From assembly GCF_964355755.1 (NCBI RefSeq), contig NC_092679.1, positions 14,987,432-15,051,431 of the forward strand: DNA of 64,000 bases, written 5' to 3'. Origin of the DNA: Antedon mediterranea (lineage: Eukaryota > Animalia > Echinodermata). Below the pieces are notes generated by a model. The model saw only the letters and a list, made by a program, of their open reading frames with translations. It made no database searches and was not told the origin of the DNA. Made by a program: the position numbers and the translations under genes. Numbering within the stretch: the stretch's first letter is position 1; each line of letters opens with the position of its first letter. Positions 1 through 10,354 of this stretch are shown here, one piece after another.

Positions 1-41
1 CATCATTAAAATTAACATATAAAGGTATCAGTTATACTTAC

Positions 42-1022
42 TCTCATTGGTTAATGAAGGAACATAGGTAAACTGTAGTATATTACTGAGGATACCATCT
101 GAGGATCTCTTAAGCTGTACACCAACTTTTACCTTTGAGGTAATTTTCGCATCGGAGTACGATGGACAATAAAAATGAATTGTCTGAAATAAATAAAAGA
201 AATTAAATGATTTAAAAAGCACACAAGAGTATCAAAAATACCCACCACATATTGGCCCCCCAGCCCATTATTTGTGCTTTCATGGTTGCTGGATTTTACC
301 CCTTACCCCAACTCCACAACTAAACATCCACACCAACCTGAAGGCCATTTTGTCCAATTTCATAAGCAATAACGTTTTTTTTTTATTTTTCACAATTTAT
401 TTGATAATAATATTAATAATAATACAGTAAATAATAAAGAGTTTTGATAGAGTTTTTACTTTAGTGAATATGTACTTACATTGCTAATAGTTCGTTCAAT
501 TTTGGCTTGTTTTTTCCATCCAGTCGTTCTCTCAATGAAATAAACTTCAATATCACCTAGAACTGTTGATATTTTTATATTGTAGTACACAAATAGTAAA
601 TGTTTTACAGTGGTGTAACATAGTTGGGAAAAGGCCACTGGTTTAGCACTCCTAAGAGGCCCTCCAACGCTGGGGAGAGTTGCATTATTGGACTGCTCAT
701 GCTCTGGCGCCCGGTCATAGGTTTAGCCAGTGAGCGGTCATAGCCGTTACACGGTTACACCACTTGTTGGACGTTAAGAATATTTTATTAGTTTAAGAAT
801 TATTGACTGTTCTATATTATTCAGGCCTATATAGAGAGACTTGAGAGAGACTTTTTAATCACCATTCCCCCTTCCCTACCACAAACCATTTTGCTACAGT
901 ACTATTCTATTTTTGGCCTGCTTACCTTCCTCCAATGAGTCTACTGACACTGTAGCAATAATAATTTCATCACCAGTAGCTTGGCCTGAAGTAACACTTA
1001 AACTCTTCAGTTCCAAATTCAT
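42..1022 (-). CDS. 5' coding exons (1022-926, 556-480, 183-42) of a protein starting with a Rel/NF-kB-like IPT (dimerisation) domain; gene continues beyond the window start
   Basis: GT-AG exons with consistent phases 1/0/1 splice to MNLELKSLSVTSGQATGDEIIIATVSVDSLEEG-DIEVYFIERTTGWKKQAKIERTISN-TIHFYCPSYSDAKITSKVKVGVQLKRSSDGILSNILQFTYVP. This resembles the NF-kB IPT pattern (LKI..SGS..GGDE, DIEVxF, FRTPxY, QLxRxSD, FxYxP). Alternative in-frame acceptor at 562. Confidence 0.8.
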
Positions 1023-1174
1023 ATTTTATTACTATTTATCTATAAAATTAACACAAAAATGATCATGCTTGTAAAGTAAAAGTACTAAATATAACATCAG
1101 TATGTATATAAAAAATGAGTCAAGAAGATTATTTATTATATATAATATAATATATATTATAAATACTGTATTAA

Positions 1175-1520
1175 AGATTTTTTGTCCCCTGAAAAAACCC
1201 CATTTTTTGTTGTTGAATATGCAATTTTAATCTCACATAATAGATATTTACTTTGACAAAAAATTGGATAAAATAAACTGTAATTTAAAGCAAAAGGTAG
1301 TCACATTGGTTGCCAGCCAATGAGATCCTGGATCCGCTGATTGATTTTGACTGATTGATTTATTTTATTTCACCTTATTTATAGAGGGTGACCGTAAACA
1401 GTGTATGCTGACATTTATCTGACTGACATTTTTATACGGAAAAACTACTAAATGGCCTATTCAAATTCTGATTTGATTAATCTTGTTCTTCTTGTTTTTG
1501 GGGGACAATACAGTACATCT
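1175..1520. mobile_element. Degraded TTAA-flanked (Kolobok-like) MITE
   Basis: TTAA at 1171-1174 and 1521-1524; ends AGAT..TTGTCCC / GGGACAA..CATCT resemble those of the 44254-44804 element. Confidence 0.55.
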
Positions 1521-2041
1521 TTAAAGATAACAGAGAATAAAAAAAATAATTGGGACAAACCAACACACAAGACAAAAAAAGGTATTAAAAGTAATCTAAT
1601 ATTCATGATTACATAATAAAACAATACAAAAATAATACAAAAGCCCATGGACCCCAAACTGATAATGAATTAATATTAATAAAGTTTGAATTAAAACACA
1701 TATTAGAAGGAATAGGAATTATTTACCTTCCTCAAAAACAACAAATTTTAAAAGTGAAGTCAGATGTTGAAATAAAATAATAAAACACGAATTTACCCAT
1801 CCACCATTTTGAAAATGTAGCCTAATTTTTGTAAGCACTTCCGCGTTTAGGATTCTTCACCACAGACAGGATATTTGCACCCACTAACTGCGCAGCTATT
1901 TCCGACAGGTACACTTGGTTGGTTGGTAGCCCGCTTGGTAGGTAATATGCTACTCGAAATAACTTGTTTCACAGGCTAACTGTACTCTCCATTAACTTGA
2001 AAATAAAATATATTTAATGTATAAATACTTACTATTATTAT

Positions 2042-5000
2042 TATTATTATTCACTTTTATTTCAAATATCAAAAAATTGACCAAAATTACAACTCGTGGC
2101 TAAGAGCCAAATTGCGTGTAAAATACATGTCATATCAAAAATATAAATATATATAAAAAATATGAAAACAAAAAAAACAACAAAGAAGGGGAGAGCAGTC
2201 GCAAACTAGCAGGGGAGAAAATTAAGAATTCAGTAATTTGATGAAGTAGGGTATAGGGCTATTGGTAAATCTGGATGTTTTAGACGCTAGCTGGGTAATT
2301 TTGTTTTTATTTCTTAAATTCCTACCATGACAGCTATGTCTGGTCGGTGGGATTAAATCAGCTGTTTGTTTAATTTTGGGGAGATACTCAGCGAACTTGC
2401 GACAATGCTCCACCCTTCTTTGAGCCAAAGTCTCTAATTTAAGAAATTCAAGGGCACCAGAGTAAGAAAAGTAATCATTGCCTAACATTATACGGCAAGC
2501 CCTCTTTTGAACATTTTCAATACAATCGCTTAATCTACTAGACAGGCCAGAATGCCAAACAACATCAGCATACTCAACAACTGGTCTAATGTAACCACAA
2601 AAGGTCAATTTAAGCTCTTCAATGTTAAAACCAAATCGTTTTAGTGATCGTAAAAAGAAAAGTTTCCTGGAAGCTTTAGTGATGATGGAATCAATATGAC
2701 AGTCCCATTTAAGGTTGTCTTGAAAAAAAACTCCCAGGATCTTGGCTTTATTAACATATTGGAGCTTATCAGTTCCCAAGTGTATGTCAACGTGTGAAGG
2801 TTGGGTAGAACTGAAACACACCTTAAGGGCCTGACATTTTTTGGGGTTAAGCACTAAACAGTTGTCGTTACACCAGCGGAAAAAAGAATTAAGATCATCT
2901 TGTAAAAAACCAGGCAATGAGAGCTTACGATTTTCACAAAATGTAAGATCATCTACATATTTCAGATACTTAGTTTTAGCATTTGTACCAGCATCGTTGA
3001 TCATGATCTGGAAACATAAAGGGCCTAACTTGGTTCCCTGTGGGACACCAGCTTTTAAGTAAGAGTAATTAGATAAGGTACCATTATATTTGACACACTG
3101 CATACGCATAAAAAGAAAATCACACAACCATGGTACCAAAGCCCCCCTGACACCAATATCAATGATCTTATTAACAAGGATGGTATGGTCGATAAGATCA
3201 AAGGCCTTGGAGAAATCAGTAAGAACCATGGTACCAACATTGTGCTTATTCTCAGCACCTTGACAGAGATAATGCACCAAGTGGGTCAGGTAATGAGCAG
3301 TAGACAAACCCTTAACATTTCCAAACTGGTTAACATCGATTTTTGAACTTATATCTTGTAAGATCCAGTCAGTGATAAACTCCTCAGCTACTTTGGCAAA
3401 CACAGAAGTAATGGAGATAGGTCTGAGTTTGTCAATAGTAGGAGGCTGAACCTTGGGCACAGGGACTACAACTGCCTTTTTCCACTGAGAAGGGACAATG
3501 CCTTCAGAAAAAGAACAGTTGAGTATATCACAAAGTGGTTCACAAAACTCCATGGCAAATAATTTAACAATTTTGGGTGGGACCAAATCTGGTCCGCAGG
3601 CCTTGTTTTCTTTAATAGATCTTAATTTTTTATAAATATCCCAAGGATGAAGTTTAGGTGCAGGTTTGTCAGAGGGAAGGAATGCAGGGAGTTGAGTTTT
3701 ATTTAGAAAAGGGATGTGAGCACTAATGTTAGTAAACAAGTCATTGATGACATTAGCAATGGATTTATGATCCAATGGAGAGATTTCAGGAACTGGTATA
3801 TTGAGATCGATTTTCTTAGTGTTTGTCATAACTCTGACCTGTTGGTGCCATTTACCTGGGTCAGTTTTTTGCAGGTGTCTAACTCTATCTACATTAAATT
3901 TTACTTTAGCTTTAATGATTTCCCTCTTGACTTTGTTTCTGCAAGCTTTCCAATGGGTTAAGTTATTGGATTTAAACGCTTTTTGGCGTTCAGAAATAGA
4001 ATTTCTGATATTTTGTGTTAGCCAAGGTTTATCAGTATTGTGCGTTTTAATATTTTTCAACGGGAAAAACTTATTAATAGCAGTGATCAGTTTGTAATAG
4101 AAAGCATCAACTTTACTCTGTGTAGAAATGCAGCTATAAATATCATTCCAATTCTGAGATACAATCCAGGTGCCAAACGATCTTATTCTGGTATCATATA
4201 AGGGACGAACACTTATAGATTTGACAACATTTTTGATAGCTTGAACTTTAGGTTTCCATAAAATACAGATGTGGTCACTAAAACCAAGAGGAGACATCGC
4301 TTCTGGGGTATGGTATTTAGTTTCAAAATTAGTCAAGATGAGGTCTAATGTAGCAAGTTCACGGGTTGGAAAATTAACAATTTGTTTTAAACAGTTATTA
4401 CGTAAAATGTAGTTAATGTTCATTCTGTTGAAATCGCCCATAATGCAAAAACCAGTCTGAAGTGATCTAGAACGAATAAGGTCTATCGTTTCACAAATAT
4501 GCCGCTCAAGAAGAAGTTGATATGGGGAGTCTGTTGTGATGTAGATAGCACAAACAACGATTGATGACATTCCTCTTGGTAGACGAGAACATTTTAAGTT
4601 TATCCAAATGACTTCCAATTCAGGTGGTACAGGGATGTCAAGGATTGCACAATCAATGTTATCCTTCACATAAATTGCCACACCGCCTCCACGTCGATCC
4701 TCTCTACATTTGCCAAAAAAAGAATATCCTTGAACATGAATTTGAGCATTACATATATGAGGTCCATACCAGGATTCAGTAAATACTCCGACATCAACCC
4801 CTTGGGTGTTTAATAACAAACTCAATTCATCATGTTTATTGCAAAGTGATTGAGCATTGGTAAGTAAAAACAAAGGTAGTTGGCAAGAAGATGGTCTATC
4901 CTTGGCACCCACATTATTTGATAATGGGATGTTTATCAGTTGTCGATGCAGAAAATGAGTAAAATTTTTTCTTCTTTTATTAGAGTTAGGCAAAGAAGCA

Positions 5001-5394
5001 TAATAACTAATTCTCACTGGTATACGTCGATGAATATGAGAACCACCACGTCTTCCTCTCTTGCTAGGCCGAAGCCTAGGCCTGGTAGGAATCCAGCTGT
5101 TAGTGCTACCAGGCGTGAGTTGAGAACAGCAAGGCATACAACTGTTAGTAGAGCAAGTAGAGCAGGCTTGGTCCGGCATAGGCCTAGGCCTAGCAGATTT
5201 CATCGAAAATAAGATGAAAATCAGGAAATGAATCGAAATGTCCGGAAAAAAAGCAATGATTAAATCCACTAAACAACAGCAAAATTACAGACATAACACA
5301 ATACGACATCAAAAAGTTAACAAAACAACAGCAAAAAAATCAAAAATCATGAGAAAATCAAGGAGGTCGTCAGCTAGCTCAGCGCCCTCTGTAG
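2042..5394 (-). mobile_element. Near full-length single-ORF non-LTR retrotransposon (CR1/L2 group, Rex1/Babar-like)
   Basis: Intact APE+RT ORF; on the minus strand AATAAA followed by a (TAA)n tail near 2033-2060; possible TSD TATTATTAT (2033-2041 / 5395-5403). Boundaries approximate. Confidence 0.85.
2222..5203 (-). CDS. LINE ORF: apurinic-like endonuclease + reverse transcriptase
   Basis: APE motifs TNAQSL, FTESW, GGGVAIY, GDFN, LDLI, SDH; RT motifs LRPIS, DFSKAFD, GVPQG, YVDD. First ATG at 5203; frame is open from GTG at 5269. Confidence 0.93.
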   Translation of the reverse strand: MKSARPRPMPDQACSTCSTNSCMPCCSQLTPGSTNSWIPTRPRLRPSKRGRRGGSHIHRRIPVRISYYASLPNSNKRRKNFTHFLHRQLINIPLSNNVGAKDRPSSCQLPLFLLTNAQSLCNKHDELSLLLNTQGVDVGVFTESWYGPHICNAQIHVQGYSFFGKCREDRRGGGVAIYVKDNIDCAILDIPVPPELEVIWINLKCSRLPRGMSSIVVCAIYITTDSPYQLLLERHICETIDLIRSRSLQTGFCIMGDFNRMNINYILRNNCLKQIVNFPTRELATLDLILTNFETKYHTPEAMSPLGFSDHICILWKPKVQAIKNVVKSISVRPLYDTRIRSFGTWIVSQNWNDIYSCISTQSKVDAFYYKLITAINKFFPLKNIKTHNTDKPWLTQNIRNSISERQKAFKSNNLTHWKACRNKVKREIIKAKVKFNVDRVRHLQKTDPGKWHQQVRVMTNTKKIDLNIPVPEISPLDHKSIANVINDLFTNISAHIPFLNKTQLPAFLPSDKPAPKLHPWDIYKKLRSIKENKACGPDLVPPKIVKLFAMEFCEPLCDILNCSFSEGIVPSQWKKAVVVPVPKVQPPTIDKLRPISITSVFAKVAEEFITDWILQDISSKIDVNQFGNVKGLSTAHYLTHLVHYLCQGAENKHNVGTMVLTDFSKAFDLIDHTILVNKIIDIGVRGALVPWLCDFLFMRMQCVKYNGTLSNYSYLKAGVPQGTKLGPLCFQIMINDAGTNAKTKYLKYVDDLTFCENRKLSLPGFLQDDLNSFFRWCNDNCLVLNPKKCQALKVCFSSTQPSHVDIHLGTDKLQYVNKAKILGVFFQDNLKWDCHIDSIITKASRKLFFLRSLKRFGFNIEELKLTFCGYIRPVVEYADVVWHSGLSSRLSDCIENVQKRACRIMLGNDYFSYSGALEFLKLETLAQRRVEHCRKFAEYLPKIKQTADLIPPTRHSCHGRNLRNKNKITQLASKTSRFTNSPIPYFIKLLNS

Positions 5395-5529
5395 TATTAT
5401 TATCAACTCTGCTTCAATACATTTTTCAATAATAAGCAAAATGTGGTAGTCTATACTGTGTATCGTGGGAATTCTCCTCCATATTATTATAATATTAACG
5501 TGATATCATCATCCGGGTCGCTGGGAAAG

Positions 5530-5539
5530 GGGAATTCCC
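5530..5539. promoter_or_regulatory. Candidate kB site GGGAATTCCC (near-match GGGAATTCTC at 5467-5476)
   Basis: Perfect match to GGGRNNYYCC in the intergenic region between two divergent genes; function inferred only. Confidence 0.4.
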
Positions 5540-5820
5540 AACAAAGATCGTTCCATTTTGTTTAAAAACAGCCCAGAATAGGCAAGAGTGAGGCGTGCCT
5601 GACTAACCAAAAACTAGTGTTTTTGTTACAATAATGTACAAAATATTCATTAAATTACTAAACTTTTGGCAGTATGTGTTTCCTATAGATAAAATGCATA
5701 CTCTCTAGGACGACCGACAACAGAACGAACCCCCTAAAACTAATAGAAGATTCTATTTTGCTGCCATGCGACCCTCTATACAAAGAGTAATGTGTGTGCG
5801 ATACGTTTGAAAACAAAAAC

Positions 5821-6626
5821 ATGGCGTCGGCTAATAACGATGGGATTTCCAACAGTAAAATCACGAATTCTAAACAAGATAGTGTATCGTCTGATGGGCT
5901 AAACATCTCTAAGCATTTGCCTCTAACACCAGGTATTCCCTCCGCCACAGTGAAAGTTGTATTCACCGAAAAATTGATTGAAGAAAAACCGGATATTGAC
6001 GGGACTGCGGCTGCTGGCACTAGTACTACTACTACTGATACTGCTAACGAAAATATCAACAAAAACAACAGTAAAGATGAGATTAAACCCGATTACATTG
6101 CGCCAGAACAAAACCCATACGTAAAAACAGTTAATTACATGGAAGAACATAGTATTATGCACATTTTTCAAGTAAGAGGTCGTATTTTAAGTAGTTGGTT
6201 GTATTGTATCACTATATCAGATTCTTTTGTGAATGTACGTGATGGCAAGCTAGCATGATACTATAGATAGATAGGCCTAGAAGAATAGTCAGTAGGCTGC
6301 GACACGCCTATATAGTTCTAGTACTATAACTATAGCCATATCGTTTTAAAATATCATGATAGAATAGCCCAGCATAATTTGTTGGTTGTGCTGTGTCTCT
6401 ATAAATTATAAATATAGTATAATATAGGCCTATATATATATTTATATATATATATATAGAAATTGTTATCGTACTATTCATTCATATTAATTAATTTTAT
6501 ATTTAGCATCTTACATCAGGAATTGTGTATCAGAGGCCAGATGACCCACTACAATATATGGTAGATGAATTGGAGAGAATGAAAACCAAGAAATCAGAAG
6601 AAGGTGTTTATTTTCCAGGTTCCTGA
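5821..6626 (+). CDS. Small protein (156 aa) with C-terminal RIIa/DPY-30-type dimerisation/docking domain, TEX55-like; exons 5821-6171 and 6507-6626
   Basis: Phase-0 GT-AG intron joins PYVKTVNYMEEHSIMHIFQ to HLTSGIVYQRPDDPLQYMVDELE, matching the Y..HxIxxIF..L..L..P.DP..M pattern of D/D domains; low-complexity N-terminus. Confidence 0.75.
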
Positions 6627-7505
6627 TATTATATTATAGGACTATGATGATAGGCCTGCATATCGATTGTTGCCACCAATAGGGGGAAAACCTAGGCTAT
6701 CAAAATATAATGAAATCTGGCATTAGGTTCATGCCCCTTCTCCCATATTTACGAAGGCTACGAATTACAAACATTTGTAATAGTATCTTACACGATATTC
6801 GTGGTCAATTGTTGACCCGGTGGTAGTACTGTACTAGTAGGTAGATCGACAAAACAAGTCAGTACTCTACAACTTCACAGAACAATGGATTCTTATATTA
6901 CATTTTACTTGATAAAATCGTTGTACCGTAATGACTTTGTGGTAAAGTTTAACATTTCGCAGTATGTCGTGTAGGTGTAGAATCAGGCGATCGACCGTCC
7001 TATATAGGAAATTGACAACTTAAGTTTCAGTAATGTTCCCCTACACAATTATTTTCACTTTTATTGTTTTTTTTTAATTGTACAGTAAATTAAAAATGTT
7101 ATTATTAGCTTAATAAAGAGTTTCATAATTACAAGTATATAATCATTTAACTTTTATTTTGATTTAAACCCGATTAAGAGAAATATTATCATCGTGTTTA
7201 AGGGTCACTTCAATGGCACATAGACGTAAGTCAACTAAGGCCATACAAATTACAAATACTTGTTTAGCGCAGCCACAAAACAAATTCACGGATTGTTAAT
7301 CTATACAGTTTTAGTAGTTATATAACACGGTTGGGCGTCCGTAGGGGTGTTGTTGCCCCAGTTGCTCGGTAATTTCGTACTAAATTTTTTTTTTCTGTCA
7401 CTAAATTAAAATTTAGATCCCATTTAATCATAATAATAGTAATAACCATTAACGTCAGCATATATATATATATATATATATATGACGTTATCCAAATTCC
7501 TTCAC

Positions 7506-7547
7506 TTGCACTGATGAAGGGCTAGTGTTGCCCGAAAGCTCTGCTAA
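7506..7547 (+). ncRNA. Minimal type I hammerhead ribozyme within a Penelope-type pseudo-LTR fragment (about 7484-7675)
   Basis: GCA-CUGAUGA-a-GGGC(uaguguu)GCCC-GAAA-GC-UC-UGC: both core boxes, 4-bp stem II, palindromic AGCU in place of stem III; flanked by (TA)n. Confidence 0.75.
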
Positions 7548-8859
7548 CTTTTCTGGCTGTTTACTTTATCGTTTTGATTTAGCTTTTCGCTTTTTATTTT
7601 TGTATCTCCATTGAGATCCAGCCACTGATACCCACAGCATTGTCATTTTCTTTTCAGTAATTTGCCTTTGGATTTATATATTTTTTAAATATTTTTCTGA
7701 ACCATTCTCAGAATAAATTTCTGACTGTTTGGATTGCTTGTGTGCGTCATCAGAGAGTACGAAAAGCCGGCCACACACTGTGTTCGTGGAAAGCTCCGTC
7801 ATATGGGTCGTTGATTTGTCCATAATTATTGCATTTTGCCGGGATTCCACATCATTCATTATGCCGTAGTACCCTATTTATCTTCATTTCCTCCTTACGT
7901 CCGTATATTGGGCCCCCGATTGGGCCGAATTTCCGTAGTAATTACAGACGTTCCGAATTCTCAGTGTTCAATTTCTTTTTTTTCTGCAAATTGTGATCAT
8001 ATTTTCTTCTTTATCTCTGGGTGTGGTATTAAGTAACACTGTGTTGTACAGTTTATGTTTTTGTTGTTTGCTACTAAAGCCCGATATTTCCGGCGAACTA
8101 GAGATGCCATCATTTATTGTACCTGCGAGCATTTCACAAAATCCGCTTCCCTACAGGCCCCGCCATGGGGGACCTGTGGCGCAAATACTCGATATATAAC
8201 GCCTTAAACTCTTGGGAAAGAGTCCAGCGATCCGCCACTGATATTTCAGACAATAATTAAATTGGGCAAAAATAATTAAAAGAACAATACGTATGAAGCG
8301 TGTTAGAACTTAACTTAGAAATACACTAGCTTTATAAAATAAATGATTGCATGCAATACTTTTAAGACACACACTCACAGATTTACGGACACTGTTTCTC
8401 TATTTATTTTCGTTGTTGTTTATTAAAAGTGTCATACTTTTACTTTTTTTAGGCAAAAAATAATTATGACTATTTAAAGTAGGCATTATTGATTAAAACT
8501 AGGCAAGGCCCAGGCCTAGAATAGGCCTACTTACTTTTAATAAAGAAAGCGGGACCGAGTGCGATTTTTATTTTAGAATCGGAAGAAGATTCACCGAGAA
8601 AAGGGGTCAATCTTCATGAAATTGAGATCCGGCCGTTTCCTTTCTCCTGGTGCAATGCTGCAATATTATGTATTCCACTGTTATTTAGCAGGTAACATGT
8701 TAGGAAATTCTGGTAGCCCTTCCGTAATATAATATAAGCATTTTTTAAAATTTAAAACATGAAACAGTGCTTTGGTTATTTTTTTTTGCAATAAGCCTAC
8801 TGAAAGTGAAATTCGATGGAATTAACGCACGAGGACACATTGCAACCTACACATAATAC

Positions 8860-9465
8860 AAATGCTTGTGACCGCATACCTCTAGTATCATCCTATGAAT
8901 AAGAAGGTTATTAACATTGTCCGCGATAACTTTTCAATTTTGACTGAAGATAAATCCGCTACAAAAGATATTTTTCAAGAACCACCCATGATAGCTTACA
9001 GACGTGATCAAAGCATTAAAGACACTTTAGTTAAATCTAAATTACAAAACAAAGGTAATGAATCAACTGGAACATTCAAATGTAATAGAAATAGATGTTC
9101 GACATGTACGTTTCATGTTCAAACCAAATAGTAGGACCTTCTGGTAATTATGTTATCACAGATCGTATTACGTGCACCACTAGAAATCTAGTTTATTGTA
9201 TTTCGTGTACTAAATGTAATATGCTTTATATTGGTGAAACTAAACGCAGGTTAGGTGATAGGTTTGTAGAACATTTAAGGTCTATTAAACTAAAGACTCC
9301 CGGATTACCTGTAGCCACCCATTTTTGTAATAATGAGCATTCCCTTTCGGATATTACAATTTCTGGTGTTAAAGTATGTAATGGTTCTGAGACATCTCGT
9401 AGAATTATAGAAGAAAGAATAATTGTAAAGCTTGGCACTCTTGCCCCTACCGGCATAAATGTACA
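8860..9465 (+). mobile_element. 3' fragment of a Penelope-like element (Neptune-type), GIY-YIG endonuclease, frameshifted near 9125
   Basis: PPMIAYRR, CNRNRCSTC linker, then NLVYCISCTKC..YIGET.R.LGDRFVEH..VATHF..LGTLAPTGIN; no RT core present. Confidence 0.88.
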
Positions 9466-9487
9466 ATCTGGGAGAATGAGAAAAAGT

Positions 9488-9559
9488 CGCCCCAACCGAG
9501 ACTCGAACTCGGACCGTCTGCTTGATATGCAGTTGCCCTAACCATTAGACCTCTGGGGC
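9488..9559 (-). tRNA. tRNA-Asp(AUC)-like pseudo-tRNA, copy 1
   Basis: 72-nt cloverleaf, B box GAGTTCGAGTC, T5 terminator; U8 changed to A in this copy. Confidence 0.55.
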
Positions 9560-9859
9560 TTTCATGGTATTGTTCTTTAACTCGATCGGATAACGACCCT
9601 TTAACATTCTCGGCGTGGTACGGTTGGAACACAACTAGTCCTCAGTTGTACGCACGCGCACCAGAGATCAAATTGATACGCCCTCATCTATAATTCAGTA
9701 TATTTATTCACTAAGCGGGATCTCGAGAGATACTTTTATATATATATAAACACAACAGGCATAGAAATAAATTCCAAACCGCCCGGTGATACACTGAAAA
9801 TTATTTAATTAATTTTTGAAACGATAAAGATGAGGAAATCTGGGAGAATGAGAAAAAGT

Positions 9860-9931
9860 CGCCCCAACCGAGACTCGAACTCGGACCGTCTGCTTGATAT
9901 GCAGTTGCCCTAACCATTAGACCACTGGGGC
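9860..9931 (-). tRNA. tRNA-Asp(AUC)-like pseudo-tRNA, copy 2
   Basis: GCCCCAG-TG-GTCT-AATGGTTA-GGGC-A-ACTGC-ATATCAA-GCAGA-CGGT-CCGAG-TTCGAGT-CTCGG-TTGGGGC-G, followed by ACTTTTT. Confidence 0.6.
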
Positions 9932-10138
9932 TTTCATCAAAGATTATAATAGCGGCGCTATATAATCTTTGCTTTCATGGTATTGATCGATCGGATAACG
10001 ACCCTTTAACATTCTCGGCGTGGTACGGTTGGAACACAACTAGTCCTCAGTTGTACGCACGCGCACCAGAGATCAAATTGATACGCCCTCATCTATAATT
10101 CAGTATATTTATTCACTAATACCCCTTTGTGGGATCTC

Positions 10139-10175
<37 letters not shown>

Positions 10176-10282
10176 ACAGTAGGCAAAGAACATTAATTCT
10201 AAACCGCCCGGTGATATACTGAAATTTAATTAATTAATTTGAAACGATAAAGATGAGAAAATCTGTGAGAATGAGAAAAAGT

Positions 10283-10354
10283 CGCCCCAACCGAGACTCG
10301 AACTCGGACCGTCTGCTTGATATGCAGTTGCCCTAACAATTAGACCACTGGGGC
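10283..10354 (-). tRNA. tRNA-Asp(AUC)-like pseudo-tRNA, copy 3
   Basis: Same fold with one D-loop substitution. Confidence 0.55.

Noticed and set aside
5658-6068. 136-aa minus-strand ORF with a signal-like start
   Set aside because: Antisense shadow of the TEX55-like exon 1.
9560-9850. Possible HDV-like or twister ribozyme in the spacer of the tRNA-like array
   Set aside because: Could not build the required pairings by eye; needs a covariance-model search.
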